NCBI GenBank assembly: GCA_040879385.1
Contig: JBBDKM010000096.1
Location: 144,150-208,149, forward strand
Direction of reading: 5' to 3'
DNA from: Thermoanaerobaculia bacterium
GTDB lineage: Bacteria; Acidobacteriota; Thermoanaerobaculia; UBA5066; Gp7-AA6
Length of the DNA: 64,000 nt
The notes beneath the pieces were generated by a model. That model did no database searches and was not told where the DNA came from. It saw only the letters and a list, made by a program, of their open reading frames with translations. Numbering within the stretch: the first letter of the stretch is position 1; each line of letters starts with the position of its first letter. Shown here piece after piece: positions 29,367 through 41,934 of the stretch. A program made the position numbers and the translations under genes.

Positions 29367-30235
29367 AGAGCGGCAACCTCCGCCGCCAGATCGGCCGACA
29401 CTTTCTCCGCCACGCGCAGCCGCGCGCTGCGCGACCGGGGATTGCGGCGCACCTCGGCCTCGGAGGGCCGGATCGGACGGCGCGTCAGGACTCTCAAGGC
29501 GGCCCTCGCGCCGCACACGCACTGCGGCAGGCGCGGCGGGCACAGACAGACGCCCGAGTCGCGGCGGAAGGCGTCCTTCACGATCCGATCCTCGAGCGAG
29601 TGGTACGAGATGACGGCGAGGCGGCCGCCCTGGTCGAGCCTCGCGGCCGCGACCGCGAGAAATCGGGCCAGCGCCGAAAGCTCCTGGTTGACCTCGATCC
29701 GCAGCGCCTGGAACACGCGGGTGGCCGGGTCGATCTTCTCTCGACTCCCCTTCTGCTTCGCCACGATGCGGGCGAGGTGCCGAGTCGTCTGGATGGGGCC
29801 CCGAGTCCGCTCCGCTACGATTCCGCGCGCGATCTTTGCCGCCATTCGCTCCTCCCCAAAATCACGGAAAATCCGTGTGAGTTGATCGACCGAAGCCGTG
29901 GCCACGATGTCGGCCGCACTGCGGCCGGTTTTTCCCATGCGCATGTCGAGAGGCCCGTCGCGCCGGAACGAGAAGCCCCGCTCCGCCTCGTCGAGCTGCA
30001 TCGACGAGACCCCGAGGTCCGCGAGGATTCCGCCGGGCGCGGGAGAGCCGGAGAGCACGGCCTCGAGATCTCCAAAGTCGGCCTCCGCGAAGCGGACGCG
30101 GCCGACGAAAGGCGCGAGCCGCTCGCGGGCCAGCGCGAGCGCGTCGGGGTCTCGATCGATCCCGAGAAGACGCGCGTCCGGACCGCGCGCGAGCAGCGCC
30201 TCCGCATGCCCGCCCGCGCCGAGCGTCGCATCCAC
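29363..30235 (-). CDS. rsmH: 16S rRNA (cytosine1402-N4)-methyltransferase RsmH
   Basis: DATLGAGGHAE SAM motif and RsmH-like sequence throughout. The coordinates use the first canonical in-frame start (GTG at 30235). The conserved N-terminal block HTPVLLEEVVEALAPERGGFF is nevertheless encoded in-frame upstream (from 30298) with no ATG/GTG/TTG before it (see findings). Confidence 0.88.
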   Translation of the reverse strand: MDATLGAGGHAEALLARGPDARLLGIDRDPDALALARERLAPFVGRVRFAEADFGDLEAVLSGSPAPGGILADLGVSSMQLDEAERGFSFRRDGPLDMRMGKTGRSAADIVATASVDQLTRIFRDFGEERMAAKIARGIVAERTRGPIQTTRHLARIVAKQKGSREKIDPATRVFQALRIEVNQELSALARFLAVAAARLDQGGRLAVISYHSLEDRIVKDAFRRDSGVCLCPPRLPQCVCGARAALRVLTRRPIRPSEAEVRRNPRSRSARLRVAEKVSADLAAEVAAL

Positions 30236-30352
30236 GAAGAAGCCGCCGCGCTCCGGCGCGAGCGCCTCGACGACCTCCTCGAGGAGAACCGGTGTGTGCG
30301 GCCGAGTTTCAAAGCGCGTCGTCTCCCGTCTCCCGTCTTCCGTCTTCCGTCC

Positions 30353-30799
30353 TCACAGCAAGAGCTTCGACAGCTCGTCGTAGTCCTCGGGACCGAATTC
30401 CTCGGTCGCGAGCTTCTTGGCCAGCGCGCCGCGATCGGAGACGACGAGTTGATCGATGTTCCCGGTCACGACGACGTCGGCCGGGAGCTTCGCGGCGTCG
30501 CGCAGGATCTGGGGAATGAGCACGCGCCCCTGCGCGTCGATCGCGGCGTCCTGGCCGTAGTAGTTGACACGCTCGAGGAACTTGGTCTTCGCGCGATGGA
30601 TCGCGGGAAGCTCGGCGAGCTTCTCCTCGAGCGCGCGCCAGATCCCGAGCGGGTAGAGAAGGAAGTTTCTTCCGTGGAGAGACGTGACGAAGAGGTCGCG
30701 TCCAAAAGCCTCCTCGATCTGTTGACGGAAGAGATTCGGCACCTTCAGCCGGCCCTTCTCGTCGAGACGGGCCGGAGCGCTTCCACGAAAGCGATCCAT
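30353..30799 (-). CDS. mraZ: transcriptional regulator MraZ
   Basis: 148 aa with two tandem SpoVT/AbrB-like halves, each carrying a DxxGR motif (LDEKGRLKVP and IDAQGRVLIP). It is the first gene of the dcw operon. Confidence 0.93.
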   Translation of the reverse strand: MDRFRGSAPARLDEKGRLKVPNLFRQQIEEAFGRDLFVTSLHGRNFLLYPLGIWRALEEKLAELPAIHRAKTKFLERVNYYGQDAAIDAQGRVLIPQILRDAAKLPADVVVTGNIDQLVVSDRGALAKKLATEEFGPEDYDELSKLLL

Positions 30800-30830
30800 C
30801 CTTCAGTTGTCGTCCCGTCCCGAGCTCCGG

Positions 30831-30903
30831 GACCACTTTCTCCCACTTTTAGCCAGGTTTGGCCACTGGCGGGATGTTAGGAGTGCCGAGGTTTATTAGT
30901 CAA
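30831..30903 (-). promoter_or_regulatory. putative dcw (Pmra) promoter with MraZ operator repeats
   Basis: On the coding strand there is TTGACT (30903-30898), an 18-nt spacer and TAACAT (30879-30874), preceded by an A/T tract. Downstream lie three GTGG boxes at a 10-11 nt period: CAGTGGCC, AAAGTGGGA and AAAGTGGTC (30870-30831). These resemble published MraZ-box repeats. Confidence 0.5.
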
Positions 30904-31005
30904 GAGAAGAAGATTGCCTAAAAAAATTAGGAGCGCTAAACGGGCGTAAGCACTCCGCACATGAACGTGTGCAGGCAACCGCCGAACTCGGGGAGAGCCC
31001 GCCCG

Positions 31006-31857
31006 CTACGCTCCACCCTCATGCCACTCCTTCGTCAGCTCGAGCCATAGCGCCAGACCCTTGAAGCCGCCGAAACGCGCGTAGCGGCGCGCGATCGCGC
31101 GGTCCACCGTGCGCGCCGGACCCGGATACAGGCGCCGGTACTGCTTGCGCACCCAGGAGTCGAGCGCCAGAAAATCGTGGCGGCCGAGGATTCGGAGCAG
31201 GCCCTCCGCCGCGTACGGCCCGAAGCCGTGCTCGGCGAGTATGGCTTCGCGAATGTCGGCGGCCGGCGCATCCCGCGCCTCCCACCGCGAAAGGTCGAGC
31301 CGGCCGGAGGCGACGCGGCGGGAAAAGCGCGACAGCGCCTCGGCGCGGTAGCCGCAGCGGACCTTTTTGCGGAGCGCGGCGGGCGATAGCCGCGCGAGCC
31401 TGCCGGGCGTCGGAAAGGCCGCACCGCCCTCGCCGGCCACGGCGATCAGCTTCTCGACCATGCCGCGCGTCGCTTCCCAGGAGCAGTTGGTCGTCAGAAG
31501 GATCTTGACGGCGTCCTCGAAGAGCGAGGGCGCCCGCAGCATCCGGCCGCCCCCCCGCGAGAGCGCGCGGCGCAGGTCCGGCTCGCCCTCGAGCGCTCCG
31601 TCGAAGGCGGAAAGGTCCAGGTCGAGCGAGAAGACCCGGAGGGCCGCCGCGCGCAGCGCCGCGCGATCGAGGCCGTCGGAGGACGCGAGGAGGAAGCCGC
31701 CGCGCGATCGGAACGAGACCTCTCGACCGGCGAGGGCCGTGGTCAGGACGCCGCCCGCCCCGGGGTCGTACCGAAAGGGCGGCAGGTCGTACCAGCCGTG
31801 GGATCGGACGACGGCGTCGAAGGAGAAGCTCGCGGGAAGCCTGAGGCGGGTGCGCAA
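31006..31857 (-). CDS. HhH-GPD superfamily DNA glycosylase (AlkA-like)
   Basis: AlkA-like N-terminal domain (FSFDAVVRSHGW). The HhH-GPD core has LLTTNCSW..., GFGPYAAEGLLRILG and a following Asp (LALDSW). Confidence 0.7.
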   Translation of the reverse strand: MRTRLRLPASFSFDAVVRSHGWYDLPPFRYDPGAGGVLTTALAGREVSFRSRGGFLLASSDGLDRAALRAAALRVFSLDLDLSAFDGALEGEPDLRRALSRGGGRMLRAPSLFEDAVKILLTTNCSWEATRGMVEKLIAVAGEGGAAFPTPGRLARLSPAALRKKVRCGYRAEALSRFSRRVASGRLDLSRWEARDAPAADIREAILAEHGFGPYAAEGLLRILGRHDFLALDSWVRKQYRRLYPGPARTVDRAIARRYARFGGFKGLALWLELTKEWHEGGA

Positions 31858-31878
31858 GCGAGTCGGGAAGAGCCGGGA

Positions 31879-32868
31879 CTAACTTTTCTTCTCCTCCGCC
31901 TTCGCCAGCTGCTCGTCGTAGATCTTGACGAAGGCGTCGCGCCGGAGGCGGTCCATGTACTCGGTGAAGCGTTTCTCGTAGAGCTCGTCGGAGATCCGCT
32001 TGCGCAGGTCCTCTTTGACCTCGGAGAACGGCTTGTAGCCCGCGGGCTTGCGATTGGTCACATGGAAGAGGTGGATCGAGTCGGCCGTCAGGACGGGCGC
32101 GGGATACTCCGCGGGCGGGTTCGTGAAGATCCCGGCGTCGAGCGCCTCCACGAGCTCCCCCTTCGCGACGGTGCCGAGCTCGCCGCCCCGCTCCCGCGTC
32201 GTGCCTTCCGACGCCTCGCGGGCGAGGTCCGCGAACGGCGTCCCGGCCTTGATCCTGGCGCGGATCTCCTCGACCCGGGCGACGGCTCGCTGCCGCGCCT
32301 CCGAGTCGGAGGAGTCGAACTTCAGGACGATCTCCGCGACCTGGGCCTGTTCCGGGACCGCGTAGTACTTCTCTTTCTGACGCTCGTACTCGATGCGCAG
32401 GGCGTCGTCGGAGAGGTCCAGCCGCGAGGTGACGTCGCGGCCGATGACCTTCTGGAGCGTGATCGTCTCGCGCATCTGGCGCTTCAGCTCGTCGCGGGTC
32501 ATGTTGGTCTGCGCGAGCGCGGCGTCGAACTCCGCGTCCGTCGTCAGGTTGTACTGGGCCTTGACCCTCTGCACGGCCGCCTCGATCTCCTCGTCGGTGG
32601 CCGAGACGGCCATCTCGGTGGCCCGCTCCTCGAGCAGCTTCTCCTTGATCATGTCCTCGAGGACGGCCTTGCGGATCTGCTCCGGATCGGCCGAGGCCCG
32701 GAAGGCCTTCTGGGCGGCCGAGAGCCGTTTGTCGTACTCGGACTGCGTGATCAGCTTGTCGTTGACCCGCGCGACGATCCTCTCGATCAGCTCGGCGCCG
32801 GAGAGGGAGGCCGCGCAGGCCGCCGCGGCGAAGAAGGCCTGAACGCTGCGTTTCATGCGCCCTTTCAT
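31879..32868 (-). CDS. SurA-like periplasmic chaperone / peptidyl-prolyl isomerase
   Basis: Signal peptide (KRSVQAFFAAAACAASLSGAE), a SurA N-domain-like IVARVNDKLITQSEYDKRL, and a parvulin-like segment (QVAEIVLKF...ARQRAVARVEEIRARIKAGTPFADLAREASEG). Confidence 0.7.
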   Translation of the reverse strand: MKGRMKRSVQAFFAAAACAASLSGAELIERIVARVNDKLITQSEYDKRLSAAQKAFRASADPEQIRKAVLEDMIKEKLLEERATEMAVSATDEEIEAAVQRVKAQYNLTTDAEFDAALAQTNMTRDELKRQMRETITLQKVIGRDVTSRLDLSDDALRIEYERQKEKYYAVPEQAQVAEIVLKFDSSDSEARQRAVARVEEIRARIKAGTPFADLAREASEGTTRERGGELGTVAKGELVEALDAGIFTNPPAEYPAPVLTADSIHLFHVTNRKPAGYKPFSEVKEDLRKRISDELYEKRFTEYMDRLRRDAFVKIYDEQLAKAEEKKS

Positions 32869-32910
32869 AACACAGGCAGGGCGGTCGAATTCCTCCGGCC
32901 CGGGGCGCGT

Positions 32911-36105
<3,195 letters not shown>

Positions 36106-36266
36106 GATCGCGAGCGGCCGCCCGAGGTCGCGCGAGAGCGTCGCGAGCAGGACCGCCGGCAGCGCCCCAACGCCGCCGGAGACGATCAGGCGGTCTTCTC
36201 CCCCGCGAACTCTCGCGAGGAGGTTCGCATAGGAAGGCAGATCGCGAGCCAGATCGGTGAGCAGCC

Positions 36267-37484
36267 CTATCGCGCTTTCGCCAAAGGCGACTTCTCCCGT
36301 AGCCGTTCGACGGCTTTGACCGCGATCCCGGCCGCGTAGTTCACTTCCTCTTCGGTGGTCCAGCGCCCGAGGCCGAAACGGATCGAGGCGTGCGCGAGGT
36401 AGGCCGGCACGCCGAGCGCCGTCAGGACGTGGGACGGCTCGAGCGAGGCCGAGGTGCAGGCCGAGCCGGAGGAGACCGCGACGTCCTTCATGCTCACGAG
36501 AAGCGCCTCCCCCTCGACGCCGGCGAAGGAGAGGTTGAGATTGCCGGGCAGCCGCCGCTCCTGCCCGCCCGGAGGAAGAGAGCCGTCCGGCTCGATCTCG
36601 GGCAGCGGAGCGCCGTTCAACGTCACGTCCTCGAGCCGGGGAACGATCCCGTCGTGCAAGCGCTTGCGGAGCCGGCGCAGGCGGCGGCTTTCCTCGGGCA
36701 TCTCGGAGACGCCGAGTTCGGCCGCCTTCCCCAGCCCGACGATCCCCGGCACGTTCAAGGTGCCGGACCGCATCCCCCGCTCGTGCCCGCCGCCGAAGAG
36801 GATCGGCTGGAGGCGCACCCGGGGATGGCGGCCCCGCACGAACAGCGCCCCGACGCCCTTGGGGCCGTAGATCTTGTGCGCCGTGACGGAGGCCAGGTCG
36901 ACGTGCATCGCCTCGACGTCGAACGGAATCTTCACGAAGCCTTGCACCGCATCCGTGTGGAAGAGCACGCCCTTTTCGCGGCAGATCGCCCCGATCTCGG
37001 CGATCCGCTGAATCGTGCCGATCTCGTTGTTGGCGAGCATGACCGAGACCAGGATCGTCTTCTCCGTCATCGCCTCGCGGACCCGCTCGGGCGCAACCTC
37101 GCCCGTCTTCTCGGGCTTCAGGTAAGTCACCGTGAATCCCTGCCGCTCGAGCTCGCGGCAGCAGTCGAGGACCGCCGAGTGCTCGGTCGACACCGTGACG
37201 ACGTGGCCGCCTTGCTCCCCGTACAGCCGCGCCACGCCGAGGATCGCGAGGTTGTCCGACTCGGTGGCGCCGCTCGTGAAGACGATCTCTTTTTCGGAGG
37301 CGTTCATCGCCCGCGCGACCTGTTCGCGCGCCGCGTCGACGGCGGCCTCCGCTTCCCAGCCGAACACGTGCCCGCGGGAGGCCGGGTTCCCGAAGGACTT
37401 CGAGAAGTACGGCGTCATCGCCTCCAGCACCCGCGGGTCCACGGGCGTCGTGGCGTGGTAGTCGAGGTAGATCGGCAGTTGCAT
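36267..37484 (-). CDS. iscS: cysteine desulfurase IscS/NifS
   Basis: [23 protein letters not shown]..., the PLP lysine in HKIYGPKG and the active-site Cys in SSGSACTS. 405 aa. Confidence 0.93.
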   Translation of the reverse strand: MQLPIYLDYHATTPVDPRVLEAMTPYFSKSFGNPASRGHVFGWEAEAAVDAAREQVARAMNASEKEIVFTSGATESDNLAILGVARLYGEQGGHVVTVSTEHSAVLDCCRELERQGFTVTYLKPEKTGEVAPERVREAMTEKTILVSVMLANNEIGTIQRIAEIGAICREKGVLFHTDAVQGFVKIPFDVEAMHVDLASVTAHKIYGPKGVGALFVRGRHPRVRLQPILFGGGHERGMRSGTLNVPGIVGLGKAAELGVSEMPEESRRLRRLRKRLHDGIVPRLEDVTLNGAPLPEIEPDGSLPPGGQERRLPGNLNLSFAGVEGEALLVSMKDVAVSSGSACTSASLEPSHVLTALGVPAYLAHASIRFGLGRWTTEEEVNYAAGIAVKAVERLREKSPLAKAR

Positions 37485-37544
37485 GGGTCGTCTATTCTAT
37501 CGAGCGCCTCGGGCGGCGTCTCGGAGGACTAGAATGTCCTTTCG

Positions 37545-39134
37545 ATGTCCAGTCTTCCCCGGCCGCAGTCGAGCCCCTTCGGCTTCTCCTCGCCGCCCCC
37601 GAAAGTCCGCCTCGTGCACGCGTTCGACCGGCCCTACGAGAACGTCGTGGCGACCGCCCGGACGTGTTACTCGGCCAAGGGGATCATCACCGAGGACCAG
37701 GCCTCGGCCAGGCCCGACCGCCGCGACGCGATCGCGAAGTCCATCTACGAGGCCGGGCACCACACGACCTTCCAGCACGCGCACTTCCAGTTCTCGCTCG
37801 AGAACGTGTCGCGGCAGTTTCTCTGGACCTTTCTCCACTCGCACCCCTTCTACAACTCGGAGCAGGTGTCGCAGCGCTACGTGGAGGTCAAGAAGGGCAA
37901 CTACTCCGTGCCGCCGATGGGCCCGGCCCAACGCGAGATCTACGAGAAGACCGCGCGGCGCCAGCAGGACGCCTACGCGCGGCTGACCGAGCTCCTGACG
38001 CCGCTCGCCGCCGAGCGCTACTTCGGGCTCTTTCCGGGCCGCACGCGCGGCGATGGGCCCGCGCGCTTCGCCGGGGCGATCCAGAAGCGGGCGCAGGAGA
38101 TCGCCCGCTACGCCCTGCCGGTCGCGACTTTCTCCTATCTGTACCACACGATCTCCGGCGTCACGCTCTTCCGCTACTGGCGCCTGTGCGAATCGATGGA
38201 CGCGCCCGCCGAGCAGCGCGAGGTCGTCGGCCAGATGGTCGCGGAGGTGCTCCGGCACGATCCGCTCTACGCGACCGTCCTCCAGGATCCGCTGCCGCTC
38301 GAGGAGACCCCGGAGTACGCGGCCTTCCAGTCGCTCCCGCGCGTGCGGGCGTCCGGCCGCGAGTTCCGCGCGGAATTCGACCGGGAGCTTGCGGGGAAGG
38401 TGTCGCGCCTCGTCGACTGGAAGGCGAACAACGAAGAGGTCCTGGCCTCGGCCGTGCGCGAGATCCTGGGCGTGCCCCGCGCCTCGATCTCGGACGACGA
38501 CGCGATCCGGATGGTGCTCGACCCGTCGAAGAACCGCGTGCTCGGCGAGACGCTGACCCTGACGACGCACGACAAGCTCTCGCGCGCCATGTTCCATCCG
38601 TCGTACACGTTCCGCAAGAAGCTCTCCCACACGGCCGACAGCCAGGACCAGCGCCACCGCATGACGCCCGCGTCGCGGCCGGCGCTCCCGGCGTACCTCT
38701 CCGAGGAGCCCGACTACATCGTCCCGATGCTCGTCCCCGATGTGCCGGAGGCGGAAGAGCTCTATGGGCGGACGATGGAGGAGACCTGGGCCGCGATCGG
38801 GGAGCTGCGCGCGCGCGGCGTCTCCGACGAGTTCGCCGCGTACCTCCTCCCCAACGCCGTCGCGATCCGCTTCACCGAGTCGGCGGACCTGCTCAACCTC
38901 CACCACAAGTGCGCGATGCGCCTCTGCTACAACGCGCAGGAGGAGATCTGGCGCGCTTCGCTCGACGAGGCGCTCCAGATCCGCGACGTCAACCCGCGCA
39001 TCGGGCCCTGGCTGCTGCCGCCTTGCACGCTCCGCCATCTCGCCGAGGTGCGCCCCGTCTGCCCCGAAGGCGAGCGCTTCTGCGGTGTCGTGGTGTGGAA
39101 ACAGGACCAGAGCGAGTACACGCGGGCGCTCTAG
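37545..39134 (+). CDS. thyX: FAD-dependent thymidylate synthase ThyX family, tandem (pseudo-dimeric) form
   Basis: The N-terminal half has GHHTTFQHAHFQFSLENVSRQFLWTFLHSHPFYNSEQVSQRY, a ThyX-motif variant. The C-terminal half has KLSHTADSQDQRHRM and LPNAVAIRFTESADLLNLHHKCAMRLCYNAQEEI. Two ThyX-like halves sit in one 529-aa chain. Confidence 0.6.
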   Translation: MSSLPRPQSSPFGFSSPPPKVRLVHAFDRPYENVVATARTCYSAKGIITEDQASARPDRRDAIAKSIYEAGHHTTFQHAHFQFSLENVSRQFLWTFLHSHPFYNSEQVSQRYVEVKKGNYSVPPMGPAQREIYEKTARRQQDAYARLTELLTPLAAERYFGLFPGRTRGDGPARFAGAIQKRAQEIARYALPVATFSYLYHTISGVTLFRYWRLCESMDAPAEQREVVGQMVAEVLRHDPLYATVLQDPLPLEETPEYAAFQSLPRVRASGREFRAEFDRELAGKVSRLVDWKANNEEVLASAVREILGVPRASISDDDAIRMVLDPSKNRVLGETLTLTTHDKLSRAMFHPSYTFRKKLSHTADSQDQRHRMTPASRPALPAYLSEEPDYIVPMLVPDVPEAEELYGRTMEETWAAIGELRARGVSDEFAAYLLPNAVAIRFTESADLLNLHHKCAMRLCYNAQEEIWRASLDEALQIRDVNPRIGPWLLPPCTLRHLAEVRPVCPEGERFCGVVVWKQDQSEYTRAL

Positions 39135-39444
39135 TAGGCCCACCCGCTTAGCGATTATACGTAGCGACAGCTTACCTCACGATGAACATCCCGAGGATTT
39201 TTCGAGTCAACCCAGGGCGACCCACCAGCCTCGCCGCCCTGGACGACATCGGTGCGCCGAGCGTTGGGCTTCGATTGCCAACGGCGGAGAGCCGGTAAGA
39301 TAAAGCCTTCGCGTCGCTGCGCGTCCCTGGGCGGCTCCGCTTGGGAGACATCTTGTCCGAGGGATCAGCGATTCAATCTAGGACATCCGCAGCTTCTGCC
39401 TCGGCTTAGGACGCCTAACATGTCGACTGACGCCCCGCTCCATA

Positions 39445-41718
39445 GTGCGAAATGAGTGCCGGCGCGTCATATCCTTGCTCGACGAGATGAAAACTCCGGT
39501 TTCACATTCGTTTGCGTCGTCGGATTCTCGGCGACAGGTAAGGAAGGCCTCGTGGGCCGGCGCTCTGCTCGGGCTGGCGCTCGGTATTCCATTGAGCCGA
39601 ATCGTTTCCATGACGGCGAACGCATCACAACTGCCCGGATTCGCCGCCGCCCACGGCTTTAGCCCCTACGGTTATTTGTTGCGTCTAGTCCTGCTCGTGG
39701 CCTGCCCTCTCGTAGGCGCGTTTCTCGCAACGCTAGCCGTGAGGTTCGCACCCCGAAATCTAGGCAGGCAAACTCGCCTGGAAACCGTTGGCGGGAGGCG
39801 CCACCCGAAGCCGTCAGCATCGGAGGCACAACGTCTGGGTTTCACTTTGGCCTTGGTTGCCGCGCATGCACTTGTTGCGTGGATCTTTTTCGTGCCCGCG
39901 CTTGTCGGGCGCGGGATCTCCTCTGTGCTGCAGCTGCTCGCTCTCTTCCTGGTCTCGACGTGGTTAGCGCATTTCCTCGGGAAGGGAGACTTCGTCCGCG
40001 GGGCCCCCTTTCTTTCCTGTAGCGTCGTGGCCTTCCCCCTGGCCTTCTGGGGAAGCCGACCCGCCGTAGTCGGTGTCGCTGCGGGTTTCGCGACGCTGTT
40101 CCTACCCTGGCTCGGTCAGCTACTGCTTGAGGAGAAAGAACACCTTCGGAAGATGCTCAGGGTTCTCGCCGCCTCGGTCTTTCTTCCGGGAAGCGTCACG
40201 GCCTTGGCCGCCGCCTCTATGATGGGCAGCTCTCCAATTGCCGACATATTCGAGGACGGTCACTCTCTCTTGCCGGCGTCTGAGTATCTGCGCGGAGAAT
40301 TGCCGTACCGCGACATCGTTCCCGGCCACGGCCTCCTCAGCGACGGACTGCTACAGGCTTGCGAGCTGAGGCTTTTCGGCGACGACTATCGAGGCCTTCA
40401 GCTCGGGAACGCCGTTGTTGGCGCCGCTTTCTGGCCGTCTTTTTTCGCACTCGGATACGTGGCGACCGGGAGCCCAGCAATTGCTTTCGGCGGGTTGTTG
40501 CTCTCCTTCCTCGCCTTTCCGGAGTACTTCTACCTACGGATCATGCCCTCGATTTGGGTGCTCACGATGGCGATCCATGCCTCTCGGACCAAGAAGCGCT
40601 GGGCGTGGTTTGCCTGCGGCGCACTGGTTCCGGTCGCTCTCTGCGTCGGCGTCGAGTTCGCCGCCTACGGAGCCGTGGCGGTTCTCGTGGCGCTTTGGGT
40701 CGCGCGCGGGCCGAGACAACGATTCGCGGGCGCCTGCATCGCGGGCATTCTCGCATCGGGATCCGCGATTGCCATCGCGCTAGCCCGCAAAGGAGTTCTG
40801 GCCGGATTTGGCAGGACGACGTTTCTCTTTCTCCCGTCGCTCCTGCCCGTCTACACAATCCCATTGATCCGGCCCGCGGTTCCATGGCCGTTGACTCCGA
40901 GGAATTCCATCGCGTTCTTCTCGGATCGCACGATGTTCCTCTACCTTTTCGTAACAATTGCCATCGCGGTCGCCGCAGCTCTCCTGCCACGCGCGCCGGC
41001 TGTCGGCGGCAAGGCTCGCCCTCTGTTGCCGGTGCTGGCATGGGTTATCGCCGCGATGGTCTCCGTTGTCGAACGACGGCACATTGGATACCCTTTCTTC
41101 CTCGTTCCCCTCGCTTTGCTGCTCATGATCCAATGGTTTCGTGGCGCTCGCCCTTGGATGAGCCTACGCGGAGCTGCTGGAGCAACGATTCTCACATTCG
41201 TCGCGCTTCTCTGGCGGCCCTGGCACGTGGCGCAGGTACTGGCGTCCGGCGTAGCGCACCAACCAGTCTCCACAGAATTGGTTGCTCTCGAACAGCCGGA
41301 GCGTGCGCGAGGTGGACTTTTCCTGCCTGCAGACCTGGAGCTCGTCCGGGCGACGCAGGAGTTCATTCAAAGCGCGAAGCTGTCTCCCGAAGAAACTTGG
41401 CTCGATTTTGCGAATGCCCCTGGGCTCTACTACCTATTCAATCGAAACTGCCCGATACGCTACTATTCGGTGCCTTTCTACGAGTCGGAGACTGCCCAGG
41501 CTGAAGTTATCGCCACCCTTGAGCGGAATCCGCACGTTCGGGCCGCCCTGATTACCGGCGGGCTACCCTCCGAACCCATCGACGGAATTACAAATGCGCG
41601 ACGTGCGCCTCACGTGGCTGCCTACCTCGAAAGGAACTTTCGCCCTTTCTTTCGGCGCGGTCGCGTTGAATTCTGGATTCGTAGTGAGAATCCGGGCCCG
41701 GGCCCGCATGAGCAGTAG
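39445..41718 (+). CDS. large polytopic membrane protein, unknown function (glycosyltransferase-C-like topology?)
   Basis: It has more than 12 predicted hydrophobic helices followed by a soluble C-terminal domain of about 170 aa. Its GC is lower than the neighbourhood. The start is uncertain (ATG at 39445, 39487 or 39610). Confidence 0.6.
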   Translation: MRNECRRVISLLDEMKTPVSHSFASSDSRRQVRKASWAGALLGLALGIPLSRIVSMTANASQLPGFAAAHGFSPYGYLLRLVLLVACPLVGAFLATLAVRFAPRNLGRQTRLETVGGRRHPKPSASEAQRLGFTLALVAAHALVAWIFFVPALVGRGISSVLQLLALFLVSTWLAHFLGKGDFVRGAPFLSCSVVAFPLAFWGSRPAVVGVAAGFATLFLPWLGQLLLEEKEHLRKMLRVLAASVFLPGSVTALAAASMMGSSPIADIFEDGHSLLPASEYLRGELPYRDIVPGHGLLSDGLLQACELRLFGDDYRGLQLGNAVVGAAFWPSFFALGYVATGSPAIAFGGLLLSFLAFPEYFYLRIMPSIWVLTMAIHASRTKKRWAWFACGALVPVALCVGVEFAAYGAVAVLVALWVARGPRQRFAGACIAGILASGSAIAIALARKGVLAGFGRTTFLFLPSLLPVYTIPLIRPAVPWPLTPRNSIAFFSDRTMFLYLFVTIAIAVAAALLPRAPAVGGKARPLLPVLAWVIAAMVSVVERRHIGYPFFLVPLALLLMIQWFRGARPWMSLRGAAGATILTFVALLWRPWHVAQVLASGVAHQPVSTELVALEQPERARGGLFLPADLELVRATQEFIQSAKLSPEETWLDFANAPGLYYLFNRNCPIRYYSVPFYESETAQAEVIATLERNPHVRAALITGGLPSEPIDGITNARRAPHVAAYLERNFRPFFRRGRVEFWIRSENPGPGPHEQ

Positions 41719-41934
41719 GACACCCGCTGCCGGCCCGAGATACTGCCACGCCGAGCAAGACCGCCCACGCGAGCGTTTTGCTGATTCCGACCCGGCCGGC
41801 CGCTTCAGCCTTTCCGGCGCGGTGCGCCACGTCCTGACCGCCGGCGACCGGTTCGACGTGGAGAAGCGCAAGCCCCTCTCTCCGAGCTAGGCCGAGGGAC
41901 TTTTCTTGTAGTCTCTCCCCCTCAAAGGGGACCC

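Noticed and set aside
29815-30312. TTG-initiated 165-codon ORF as an alternative 5' part of rsmH (frameshift hypothesis)
   Set aside because: On re-framing, the conserved HTPVLL block is not in this frame. It lies in the mraZ/rsmH frame, so no frameshift is needed. The problem is only the missing start codon.
39181-39297. 38-codon ORF (MNIPRIFRVNPGRPTSLAALDDIG...) that vaguely resembles the N-terminus of PPK2-type kinases
   Set aside because: It is too short and the similarity too weak to call. At most it hints at another decayed gene in the low-GC patch.
41588-41890. Small ORFs in the spacer between the membrane protein and the cphA remnant
   Set aside because: They have no RBS, motif or family resemblance, and they overlap the 3' end of the membrane-protein gene.
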